Source: an uncultured Candidatus Saccharibacteria bacterium (lineage in GTDB: Bacteria > Patescibacteriota > Minisyncoccia > Phycocordibacterales > UBA5272). From it: DNA of 61,557 bases. Of this stretch, positions 8,654-16,739 are shown piece by piece (position 1 is the stretch's first letter; each line of letters opens with the position of its first letter). The notes beneath the pieces are model-generated. The model had not been told where the DNA came from, made no database searches, and saw only the letters and a list, made by a program, of their open reading frames with translations. The DNA is taken from positions 28,379 to 89,935 of the forward strand of contig CAYXKW010000002.1 of the NCBI GenBank assembly GCA_964464695.1. The letters run 5' to 3'. The translations under genes and the position numbers were made by a program.

Positions 8654-9760
8654 CTATTTTATAAAGGTGTCGATAGATCTTCGTAACGTCCTAACTTCTA
8701 CGGGTTTAGCATGCCCCAACCTAAACAACATAACTTGGTTTTCAGTAACATTGTCAAAATCATTAAAACACTCTTTTTCTAGTTGTTCAGCTTCAATTAG
8801 CAATTTTTTATGTCGCTCTGAAAGAGCTCCCATTTCAAGTAATTTTTTACGAAGTAAAAATATAGGTAAACCTGCTTGTGGCTGAAGTGCTATACCAGCA
8901 TGAGTTGCTTCGAGCCAAACTCTTTCTAGCGCACGCCCAGCTTCTATAGAATATGCTGGGAGAATTTTAGGAATTGTTACTAGAACAAGAGTAGAGGATG
9001 ATATTATTTCATTGTATACAAAACGAGCAACAATATACGAAAAACCAAAATAATTAAAAATCTTCATGATTTTCCAAGGGTGAGTGTACTTAAGAAAGAA
9101 TTCACCGAACCAGCCCGCTTGTAAGGTCTCAACTGGAAGTCCATCTTTTTTTCTGTAAGCACTTTTTTGACTAAACCGTAGAAGCTTTTGTAGATGAACA
9201 TGAAGATCTTTTCTTTCTGATCGTATAATATCTACTAAATATACAGCTCGTGCTAGTTTTTTTATCCTCATTTTTTCAGATACCTCATGCCAAGTTACAT
9301 TTGGGAAATGAACTATCGCTTCGCGTAGTTTTTTAAGTTGCTCATTTGATACTTTTACAGAACTATACTGACGTCGATTTGTTCTTCTGGTCCAAATGGC
9401 ATCAAACAAATGATCGCAAGGCTCATCAGATAGCTTAAAAGTAAGTATAGCGGCAATATTATTTGACTCTTTATTCTCATAAGAAATAAAAGTACTTAAT
9501 CCATATGAACTTGCAGCTACTATACAATTCTCAATAACAGCGCCTAACGAAAGGAGTGAAGGTATCTGCCTAAAATTTAAATACGACATATCTAATTCTT
9601 CATGAACATGTATTCGAATTTGATTCTCTTTTATTTCAAATATCCACGGCTGAATGTTGTCACCTGACGGCGCCTGAATACCTGCAAATATAATTGCACG
9701 AATCACAGAATCTGAAATAGGAAGCTCACGAACTTTTCTTTCAGATTCATGTATTGTCAT
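8654..9760 (-). CDS. Acg-type two-lobed nitroreductase family protein (paralog of 20492-21553)
   Basis: GIQAPSGDNIQPW ... WTRRTNRRQY ... RALERVWLEATHAGIALQPQ. Confidence 0.7.
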   Translation of the reverse strand: MTIHESERKVRELPISDSVIRAIIFAGIQAPSGDNIQPWIFEIKENQIRIHVHEELDMSYLNFRQIPSLLSLGAVIENCIVAASSYGLSTFISYENKESNNIAAILTFKLSDEPCDHLFDAIWTRRTNRRQYSSVKVSNEQLKKLREAIVHFPNVTWHEVSEKMRIKKLARAVYLVDIIRSERKDLHVHLQKLLRFSQKSAYRKKDGLPVETLQAGWFGEFFLKYTHPWKIMKIFNYFGFSYIVARFVYNEIISSSTLVLVTIPKILPAYSIEAGRALERVWLEATHAGIALQPQAGLPIFLLRKKLLEMGALSERHKKLLIEAEQLEKECFNDFDNVTENQVMLFRLGHAKPVEVRTLRRSIDTFIK

Positions 9761-9777
9761 ATTTTCTTAGTATATCA

Positions 9778-10653
9778 CTACAGCTTTTTTTCGGCTTCAA
9801 GGAATCCGTCTATGTGACCTTTCGCAAGCACTCCTTCTATATCACTTGTCTCAAAATCTGTTCGATGATCCTTGACCATTTTGTATGGATGAAGCACGTA
9901 TGAGCGTATTTGATTCCCCCACTCAATTTCTGTTGTCTTACTAATTTGCCGTCCTTCTATTTCTGCTTTTCTTTTTTCCTCTTCAAGTTTAAATAATTTT
10001 GATTGTAGAATTTCAAGCGCCTTTTGTTTATTCTGTTCTTGTTGTCGTTCAGTTGCTACATGTACCGCTATGTTTGTTGGAATATGGATAACACGCACAG
10101 CAGTCTCGCGTTTGTTAACATTCTGTCCACCAGGACCTGAGGACTTTGAAGTTTCTATTCTAATGTCGTCCGGTGAAATAGTCTGTCGCTCAGCAGGAGG
10201 TACAACAGGTAATACTTCTACCATTGTAAACGAAGTATGACGCTTAGCTTGCGCGTTAAATGGTGATATACGAACAAGACGATGAACACCTGATTCATTT
10301 TTAAATGTTCCATATACATTTTTACCGGTTACCTCAAGTGTTAGATTTCTAAACCCACCGTGATCGTTTCTATTATCATGTAACACCAAGTATGAAATAC
10401 CATGAGAAGAAAAATACGCGTCATACATCTCAAAGAGCATTCGTACAAAATCTTCGCTATCATCTCCTCCAGCGCCTGCCAAAAAAGTAATGATTGCATT
10501 TCCTTTATCGAGTGCCCCGACTCCTTCTTTTCTATCTTTTAAGTCTTTTAGTACGCGAATGGTTTCTTGAGCTTTTTCTTTATCATTCCAAAAATCAACT
10601 TCATTCATGCGAGCCTCTAATTCCATTATTTCCTGGTCGAGATTTGGTTCCAT
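9778..10653 (-). CDS. prfB: Peptide chain release factor 2 (short N-terminal domain, single frame)
   Basis: SPF motif (RISPFNAQ) and GGQ motif (SGPGGQNVNK). Start taken at MEPNLDQE (ATG complement 10651-10653). Confidence 0.9.
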   Translation of the reverse strand: MEPNLDQEIMELEARMNEVDFWNDKEKAQETIRVLKDLKDRKEGVGALDKGNAIITFLAGAGGDDSEDFVRMLFEMYDAYFSSHGISYLVLHDNRNDHGGFRNLTLEVTGKNVYGTFKNESGVHRLVRISPFNAQAKRHTSFTMVEVLPVVPPAERQTISPDDIRIETSKSSGPGGQNVNKRETAVRVIHIPTNIAVHVATERQQEQNKQKALEILQSKLFKLEEEKRKAEIEGRQISKTTEIEWGNQIRSYVLHPYKMVKDHRTDFETSDIEGVLAKGHIDGFLEAEKKL

Positions 10654-10716
10654 ATCTACAGTATACCAAATAACCATCATTTGATTTGTTATCTGATATA
10701 CGTATACTTAGTAGAC

Positions 10717-11586
10717 ATGCATAGAAAAGGTATTATCTTGGCCGCTGGTCGTGGAACACGACTCTACCCAATGACGCTTGGTGTTAACAAGCAACTCCTG
10801 CCGATTTATGATAAGCCGATGATTTATTATCCGCTTTCGTTATTTTTACATGCAGGAATTAAAGAAGTATTACTTATTGTTGACCCACAAGATCTAGAGG
10901 CTTTCAGATTAATTTTAGGAGACGGTTCACAGTTTGGCATTTCACTATCGTATGAAACCCAAACCGTTAAACGTGGCATTGCAGATGCTTTTATTATTGG
11001 AGAGCAGTTTCTAGACGGCTCTCCTTCGTGTCTTATTTTAGGAGACAATGTTCTTCATGGAAATGGTTTTGAAAACATCATACAAAAAGCACACACCGAT
11101 GCCATATCTGGTGCCCGTATTTTTGGATATCAAGTACAAGACCCTGAACGATTCGGCGTAGTCTCATTTGATGAGACTGGTAAGGCTGTCTCCATTATAG
11201 AGAAACCTGTAAACTCACTTTCAAACTACGCTATACCTGGTATTTACTTTTACGATGAGCATGCGCCATCTCTTGCAAAACAATTAACTCCATCAGATCG
11301 TGGAGAGCTTGAGATTACAGATCTCAACAAAGCGTATCTAGAACAAGAAAATCTCATGGTGACTATTATTCCAAATGATGTTACCTATTTTGACACTGGC
11401 ACATATGACTCACTTATGGAGGCATCTCTCTATGTTCAAAAAAAACAATCCGAAACCAAGCAGCCGATTGCAAACTTAGAAGCGCTTGCTTATGAATACG
11501 GATACATTACGAAAGAAACTCTTGAGCAATCTGCAAAAAAACAATCGAAAACATCCTACGGAGAATATTTGTCATCTTTGCTCTAA
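10717..11586 (+). CDS. rmlA: Glucose-1-phosphate thymidylyltransferase
   Basis: KGIILAAGRGTRLYPMTLGVNKQLLPIYDKPMIYYPLS. Start at ATG 10717. Confidence 0.9.
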   Translation: MHRKGIILAAGRGTRLYPMTLGVNKQLLPIYDKPMIYYPLSLFLHAGIKEVLLIVDPQDLEAFRLILGDGSQFGISLSYETQTVKRGIADAFIIGEQFLDGSPSCLILGDNVLHGNGFENIIQKAHTDAISGARIFGYQVQDPERFGVVSFDETGKAVSIIEKPVNSLSNYAIPGIYFYDEHAPSLAKQLTPSDRGELEITDLNKAYLEQENLMVTIIPNDVTYFDTGTYDSLMEASLYVQKKQSETKQPIANLEALAYEYGYITKETLEQSAKKQSKTSYGEYLSSLL

Positions 11587-11597
11587 TAAATAAAAAA

Positions 11598-11631
11598 ACA
11601 CCATCTACACGAGACGGTGTTTTATTTTTTT
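11598..11631 (+). terminator. Rho-independent terminator after rmlA, overlapping the stop of the convergent gene
   Basis: acaccatct / acacg / agacggtgt (one mismatch) followed by tttattttttt. Confidence 0.55.
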
Positions 11632-11933
11632 CGCTTGAAACTTGCCATCAAACTTTTCCCATCGTCTGTCATAAAATAAATGTCATTCTTTTTCTTAGGA
11701 CCAGAATCTCCTATCGTAGCAAGTCCAAGCGCCATTAAATGGACCAAATCTTTTTCTATTTCTGCAATATTCGTAGAAGGATACCGTTCCCCATTTTCAT
11801 ATACATCTGGATACAAAGCCATGTAACTGGACATCACTTCTTCAAGTGTCATTTTTCCAGAAAGTCTATGACCTGACAATACTCCGAGCAAGCGTCGCTG
11901 ACTCAAAAGTAATTCGAAATTATCACTTTTCAT
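11622..11933 (-). CDS. Hypothetical 103-aa protein
   Basis: Clean ORF with ordinary composition and no recognisable motif. Confidence 0.45.
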   Translation of the reverse strand: MKSDNFELLLSQRRLLGVLSGHRLSGKMTLEEVMSSYMALYPDVYENGERYPSTNIAEIEKDLVHLMALGLATIGDSGPKKKNDIYFMTDDGKSLMASFKRKK

Positions 11934-12015
11934 CTAGATCTCCCATAGCTTATCTAATAAGAGCCTACACAAAATTACAGACTTTGTCGATATTGACGTC
12001 ACTCTTCTGTATCTA

Positions 12016-13155
12016 TCAAGTAAAGTACTTTCTGTCTTGTAATTCGTTTGGTAAATATCCATCATCTCCATACATAGCATACCCATCTCCATATCCAATA
12101 TCTTTCATTAATTTTGTTTCTGCATTTCGAAGTTTCATAGGAATTGGAAGGTTGCCCAGCTTTTTTGCGTCATCTAGCGCTTGTAGATATGCATCATATG
12201 ACATGCGACTCTTTTTGGCTTGTGAGAGATACGCTACACCGTGAGCCAAATTAATACCGCATTCAGGAATGCCGATTGTTTCAACCGCTTTAAATACTTC
12301 ATTTGCAATGACAAGAGCTTGTGAATCTACAAGCCCAATATCTTCTGATGCAAAAATAACCATTCGACGTGCAATAAACTTTGGATCTTCGCCAGAAGCA
12401 ATCATCCGCGCCAGATAATACATCGCCGCATCAGTTTGGGACGCTCTCATACTTTTAATAAATGCACTTATGGTATTGTAATGGTCCTCCCCTTTTTTAT
12501 CATACCGAAGTGTTGATGATTGAAGTGTCGACTCTAAATGTTCTACGCTTATCTCACCGCATAACTCAATAGTGTGTTCAAGAACTGATAACATCTGTCT
12601 TGCATCTCCTCCTGACATACGAACAAGCCATTCTTCACTTTCACTATCAATTTTTTTACTAAGTTTTTGTGATGCACGTTTGATTATTTCACGAAGATTT
12701 TCTTCTGTAAGTAACTCGAGTACAAAAACTCGAGCACGAGAAAGTAATGCAGGAATAACCTCAAAACTTGGGTTCTCAGTTGTTGCACCAATCAAAATAA
12801 GTTGACCATTTTCAACATATGGTAAAAGAAAATCTTGCTGTGCTTTATTGAATCGATGTATCTCATCTAAAAAAAGTATTTTTGGACCAAAAAGATTTCC
12901 ACCTTCGAGGATTCTTCTAATATCTTCTTTTCCAGAGGAGACCGCAGAAAGTTCATGATAGTCAGCATTAAGTGCTTTTGCATAAATACGCGCAAGCGAT
13001 GTCTTACCGGTTCCAGGTGGCCCCCACAAAATAAAAGAAAAAGCATGCTTTTTAGTAATTGCCATGTTAAGTGGCTTACCCGGTCCGACAAGATGTGATT
13101 GACCTATATAATCGACGAACGCTTTTGGGCGAAGAAGTGATGCGAGTGGTTCCAT
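12016..13155 (-). CDS. rarA: Replication-associated recombination protein A (AAA+ ATPase)
   Basis: [27 protein letters not shown], MgsA C-terminal region ([10 protein letters not shown]). Confidence 0.85.
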   Translation of the reverse strand: MEPLASLLRPKAFVDYIGQSHLVGPGKPLNMAITKKHAFSFILWGPPGTGKTSLARIYAKALNADYHELSAVSSGKEDIRRILEGGNLFGPKILFLDEIHRFNKAQQDFLLPYVENGQLILIGATTENPSFEVIPALLSRARVFVLELLTEENLREIIKRASQKLSKKIDSESEEWLVRMSGGDARQMLSVLEHTIELCGEISVEHLESTLQSSTLRYDKKGEDHYNTISAFIKSMRASQTDAAMYYLARMIASGEDPKFIARRMVIFASEDIGLVDSQALVIANEVFKAVETIGIPECGINLAHGVAYLSQAKKSRMSYDAYLQALDDAKKLGNLPIPMKLRNAETKLMKDIGYGDGYAMYGDDGYLPNELQDRKYFT

Positions 13156-13195
13156 TTTTTCAGTATATCAAACCATATTCTGAAAATGTGGAATA

Positions 13196-13225
13196 TTGAC
13201 ACATATGTAAAATATGTGGTATAAT
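13196..13225 (+). promoter_or_regulatory. Sigma70-type promoter with extended -10
   Basis: TTGACA (13196-13201), 18-nt spacer, tgGTATAAT (-10 at 13220-13225), upstream of the NUDIX gene. Confidence 0.6.
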
Positions 13226-13274
13226 ATAAAAAGGAGTATCTGCTCCTTTAGGTTTACAATACAGGAGAATTCTC

Positions 13275-13748
13275 ATGAGTCCAGTTAAATCTAGTAAGGC
13301 TTCCGTTCTTACTATTGGATTACACCAAAAAACAGATGGGAGCATATGGACCCCACTCACAAGGTCAGATGGTTGGGAAAACCCTCTATGGAAAATCGTA
13401 GGAGGAAGAATACTTCCCGAAGAGGAAGCTGAAACGGCGGCGCTTCGTGAATATTGGGAAGAAGTTGGTCTTCGATTAGTAAACCTTCGTCATGTTGGTG
13501 GCATTAATAAACCATCAAATAACCCTCGATTCACATCACACCTTCAACATATTTTTGTTGGTGAAATACCATCACTTGAGGGATTCTTGCCTTCAAGTAT
13601 TGATGGACATGAAAAACTTCAAAATGAATTGTTTAGAGTTCAAGATATTCAACAGGCAATTCGAAATAATGCGGAACTTAATGGATACCGAATTCTCAAC
13701 GCCCATTCAGAAATTTTGGAAACACAGTTTGGTAGAATTTTTGGCTAA
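13275..13748 (+). CDS. NUDIX hydrolase
   Basis: Nudix box GGRILPEEEAETAALREYWEEVGL. Confidence 0.8.
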   Translation: MSPVKSSKASVLTIGLHQKTDGSIWTPLTRSDGWENPLWKIVGGRILPEEEAETAALREYWEEVGLRLVNLRHVGGINKPSNNPRFTSHLQHIFVGEIPSLEGFLPSSIDGHEKLQNELFRVQDIQQAIRNNAELNGYRILNAHSEILETQFGRIFG

Positions 13749-13771
13749 ACTTTTTGTTTTAGCAAAAACAC

Positions 13772-13798
13772 ATGCGCCTCATCGGGGCGTATTTTTTA
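13772..13798 (+). terminator. Probable terminator after the NUDIX gene
   Basis: atgcgcc / tcatcgg / ggcgtat (one G-U pair) followed by ttttta. Confidence 0.45.
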
Positions 13799-13819
13799 TA
13801 CTCAAACAGACATTTCAAG

Positions 13820-13892
13820 AGCCGTTGAGCAGGATTGAACTGCTGACCTCGTCATTACCAATGACGTGCTCTACCAACTGAGCTACAACGGC
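13820..13892 (-). tRNA. tRNA-Thr (anticodon GGU), no encoded CCA
   Basis: Reverse complement GCCGTTGTAGCTCAGTTGGTAGAGCACGTCATTGGTAATGACGAGGTCAGCAGTTCAATCCTGCTCAACGGCT folds as a cloverleaf. Acceptor GCCGTTG/CAACGGC, anticodon stem CGTCA/TGACG with loop TTGGTAA, T-arm CAGCAGTTCAATCCTGCTG-like. Confidence 0.9.
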
Positions 13893-14243
13893 TTATTTTA
13901 TTTTGACTACCTGCGGAGCTTCACTTTATTTGGTAATATCTACCAACTTGCGCCGTGAGCCTGCTGGCTCCCGACATCTTCGAAGCCAAGCTTCTCGATC
14001 TACAACGGCTTATTTTATATTTATTTCACCTACCCACAATTTGCATACTTGAACAGTCTACCAACTGCTTCCTACGCTTGCTAGCTCCGGAAGTCTGCGC
14101 GGCCAAGCCGCTTGAGCTACAACGGCTTATATTATTTCACTAATTAGCTAGTGAGTGTTTAATCTAGCTGGAATGAAGTAATATCTAGTCGAAAACCTGC
14201 TGGTTGTTCGACATCTTCGCGGCCGAGCCGTCTCGACGTGCAG
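13893..14243 (-). repeat. Three tandem 117-nt units upstream of tRNA-Thr; two carry the tRNA 5' 23 nt interrupted by a ~47-nt two-hairpin element
   Basis: Units lie at 13893-14009, 14010-14126 and 14127-~14243. On the minus strand, units 1-2 read GCCGTTGTAG(A/C)TC[A]-insert-AGTTGGTAGA. Inserts are 13949-13996, 14066-14112 and ~14187-14236. Confidence 0.8.
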
Positions 14244-14272
14244 TCGATTGTACCAAAAATTACTCCCCACTG

Positions 14273-14485
14273 CTAGTTGATAGAAAGTATTTTTGATGGT
14301 GAATGATGTCCACTAATAATACGTACGGACATGCCTGGAAACATTTCTCGACACAGCTCAACCACCCTACTATTTGCAAGATTATTTTCTGCAGGAACCT
14401 TTACCCATATACGATATTCATCGTCTTTTAATTTTTCTACTTTTTCCATTTTTGAATCTGGAACAACCTTAATCTTCAGATACAT
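14273..14485 (-). CDS. DUF167 (YggU) family protein
   Basis: MYLKIKVVPDSK ... VKVPAENNLANSRVVELC ... VRIISGHHSPSKIL. Start at ATG complement 14483-14485. Confidence 0.7.
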   Translation of the reverse strand: MYLKIKVVPDSKMEKVEKLKDDEYRIWVKVPAENNLANSRVVELCREMFPGMSVRIISGHHSPSKILSIN

Positions 14486-15173
14486 GTTTCTTTTTCCCGA
14501 TTTTATTTTCCTGTTGTAATCGGTATTCATCAATTAATTTATGATTACCCGACAGGAGCACTTTTGGTACTTTATATTTCTTCTTATCATGCTCATACAC
14601 TTCTGGACGAGCATAAATTTCATGTGACGCTATACGTTTCTCCTCAAGAGATAACTCATCGTGCAGTACGCCTTTAATTTGACGTGAGATAGCATCAATA
14701 CTTACCATTGCAGGTAATTCCCCTCCTGTTAAAACATACTCTCCTATACTCCATTCCTTGGCTTTCAGAATTTTCTTGACTCTCGAGTCAACTCCTTCAT
14801 ATCGCCCACAGATAAAAATAATATCGGTATATTTTTTTGCTGTAGTTTGGGCAAGAGTATTAGTAAACATTTCACCTCCAGCGTTAAAAATTACCACAAG
14901 TACCTTTGAAGTCTTTCTTCGTGCTATTTTCTTTTGTATTTTTTCTACGCAGTTAATAATCGGATCAACCCACATCACCATACCTGGGCCCCCACCGTAT
15001 GGCTTCCCATCAACACGACGATGTTTATCTGTTGTGTATTCTCTAAGTGGGTACGTGCTTACTTCAATTAACTTACTTTCTATTGCACGAAAAATAATCG
15101 ACTCTGCAAAATAAGAGTCGAGCATTTTTGGGAATATTGTGACCACATGGAACCGAAGAGGTTGTTGCTTCAT
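14469..15173 (-). CDS. trmD: tRNA (guanine37-N1)-methyltransferase
   Basis: FHVVTIFPKM ... DGKPYGGGPGMVM ... ICGRYEGVDSRV ... SIGEYVLTGGELPA. Confidence 0.9.
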   Translation of the reverse strand: MKQQPLRFHVVTIFPKMLDSYFAESIIFRAIESKLIEVSTYPLREYTTDKHRRVDGKPYGGGPGMVMWVDPIINCVEKIQKKIARRKTSKVLVVIFNAGGEMFTNTLAQTTAKKYTDIIFICGRYEGVDSRVKKILKAKEWSIGEYVLTGGELPAMVSIDAISRQIKGVLHDELSLEEKRIASHEIYARPEVYEHDKKKYKVPKVLLSGNHKLIDEYRLQQENKIGKKKHVSED

Positions 15174-15295
15174 ACTTGACAGTATAGCAATTTCGTAGCA
15201 ATTAAGCAAAATAAAAACCCTGTAGAGTTTTTACTAGTATAATTTAAAACAATACCTACGAACTTGCGTCAGGGCCTTTGGTAAAAAATTGCTCA

Positions 15296-15388
15296 GGTAC
15301 GAGGAACCTAGAAATTTTAAAAGGAGACGTACAAATGGTACGGCGACTTTTAAAATTTCGTAGCGACAAAGTAGATGAGATAATTTTT
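15296..15388. repeat. Nested-hairpin intergenic repeat (family F2, copy a)
   Basis: 13-bp stem gaaattttaaaag (15311-15323) / cttttaaaatttc (15347-15359) around the inner stem cgtac/gtacg. Shares tacgagg, agagacgtac, gtacg and acaaagtagNtga with 53455-53550. Confidence 0.65.
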
Positions 15389-15390
15389 GA

Positions 15391-15741
15391 CTAAAGGCTT
15401 TTTAGGTCGTTCATAACAGCATCCACATCCTCAGTATCATATCGTGGAGTATATGACTGTGACCCCTCTTCTTTACTTCCACCATTAAAAGCTGGACGCC
15501 CTTCAGGCTCATTAATCTTAAGGTTGACTCGTGCATTATTCTTCATTCCAACAACACGGAGTAATGTTCGAAGTGCTTTTGCTGTTGCTCCATCTCGCCC
15601 AATAATTTTACCCATGTCAGATGCATCAACATCGAGTGTAATTAACACACCCATTTCATCAACCCTTCTTTCTACTTTCACCTTCTCTGGATTATCTACT
15701 AAAGCCTCCACAACGTACTGGACAAATTCTTGATCTTTCAT
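15391..15741 (-). CDS. KH-domain RNA-binding protein (YlqC/UPF0109) with ~40-aa acidic C-terminal extension
   Basis: VKVERRVDEMGVLITLDVDASDMGKIIGRDGATAKALRTLLRVVG. Confidence 0.8.
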   Translation of the reverse strand: MKDQEFVQYVVEALVDNPEKVKVERRVDEMGVLITLDVDASDMGKIIGRDGATAKALRTLLRVVGMKNNARVNLKINEPEGRPAFNGGSKEEGSQSYTPRYDTEDVDAVMNDLKSL

Positions 15742-15813
15742 ATATGTAATTGTTTGTATGCAGTAAGTGTATCAATCTATTTCATTAAGATGACTAAAGT
15801 TATTCACAGAAAA

Positions 15814-15922
15814 TAGCACATAGCTTTTAGCTGTTCGCTCTTAGCAACTCAAAAGCGGTGCCTAAGGCACCGCTTTTGAGTTGTGTGTAGCTAAAGGCTA
15901 ACAGCTAACACCTAAAGGCTGT
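15814..15922. promoter_or_regulatory. 15-bp perfect hairpin flanked on both sides by heptad-phased TAGC / GCTA units
   Basis: tagcaca tagcttt tagctgt tcgctct tagcaac (15814-15848). Stem ctcaaaagcggtgcc / ggcaccgcttttgag (15848-15880). CTA recurs at 15891, 15898, 15905 and 15912. Confidence 0.6.
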
Positions 15923-15923
15923 C

Positions 15924-16223
15924 TTATGCCTTTACAGCTTCTTTCTTCTGAGGAGTCTTCTTAGGAAGAACGTTTATCTTCTTTCCAGTAAGAATTCCTT
16001 TTGTAACAAGTAAATTAAATGCAGTAGGAGTAGTTTGTGCTCCAACTGACATCCAATGCTTGATACGATCAGCTTTCGCTTCAAAAATACCAGCCTTTAC
16101 ATTATATGTTCCAACAATCTCAGCAAACTGAGATGTCTTAGCCTTGAGTGTACTTTCGGTAACAATGAGGCGGAAATGTGGGTCGTTCTTGCGTCCTGTA
16201 CGCTGTAATCTGATTTTTAACAT
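15924..16223 (-). CDS. rpsP: 30S ribosomal protein S16
   Basis: MLKIRLQRTGRKNDPHFRLIVTES. Start at ATG complement 16221-16223. Confidence 0.9.
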   Translation of the reverse strand: MLKIRLQRTGRKNDPHFRLIVTESTLKAKTSQFAEIVGTYNVKAGIFEAKADRIKHWMSVGAQTTPTAFNLLVTKGILTGKKINVLPKKTPQKKEAVKA

Positions 16224-16291
16224 GTGACGTATTCTACCACAAGTAGGCAAAAAAGAAAAGCCTTTGCGGTAAGACCCTTAAAATAAACCAA

Positions 16292-16717
16292 CTAAGAAGT
16301 CTCACTCTTCCCAATTTCTGCATGTACCTTTTTATGATAAAATTCATCCACTAAAAAATTAACCTTATCGACGAGCTGTTTTCCTGAGTAATCAACCTTT
16401 AAAATAACATCAGTTGCACCATCCTTTAAAGCTCTATTAATGGTATCAACATCTGAAATATTAGAGCACACAACAACAGGAATTGATAATCCTCCTGTTT
16501 CTTTCATTTTTCGAAGAAATCCAAAGCCATCCATTCCAGGCATCATCAAATCAAGCAAGATTACATCAGGAAGTTCTTTAATAACACCATTAACTCCTTC
16601 GAGACCATTTTCCTCAACAACAACGATGTACCCATGCTTTTCAAAACTGTGTTTATATATTTCCTGAAGATCTTTATTGTCTTCAATGATCATTATTTTT
16701 TTCTTTATCTCTGACAT
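16292..16717 (-). CDS. Single-domain response regulator (CheY-like receiver, no output domain)
   Basis: KKIMIIEDNKDL ... DVILLDLMMPGMDGFGFLRKMK ... VVVCSN ... ILKV. Confidence 0.85.
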   Translation of the reverse strand: MSEIKKKIMIIEDNKDLQEIYKHSFEKHGYIVVVEENGLEGVNGVIKELPDVILLDLMMPGMDGFGFLRKMKETGGLSIPVVVCSNISDVDTINRALKDGATDVILKVDYSGKQLVDKVNFLVDEFYHKKVHAEIGKSETS

Positions 16718-16739
16718 ACTGTGTTGTAATAACTTTAAA

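Noticed and set aside
9778-10680. Programmed +1 frameshift site in prfB.
   Set aside because: There is no upstream frame-0 segment and no CUU UGA motif. The region upstream is the divergent rmlA start.
13893-14126. Intron-containing or split tRNA genes.
   Set aside because: Only the first 23 nt match tRNA-Thr. After GTTGGTAGA the units have no anticodon arm, T-arm or 3' acceptor strand.
13955-14143. 62-aa ORF with the internal repeat LLAPDIFEAKLLDLQRLILY / LLAPEVCAAKPLELQRLILF.
   Set aside because: The repeat simply translates the tandem DNA units. It lies antisense to the tRNA orientation and has no RBS.
13893-14243. CRISPR array.
   Set aside because: The period is 117 nt with degenerate whole-unit similarity. 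It is not short identical repeats alternating with unique spacers, and no cas genes are nearby.
15335-15394. 19-codon plus-strand ORF with AAGGAG upstream, inside the F2 hairpin.
   Set aside because: The SD-like sequence and the ATG are part of the repeat stem. The other F2 copies do not conserve an ORF. It is kept only as a note under the F2 finding.
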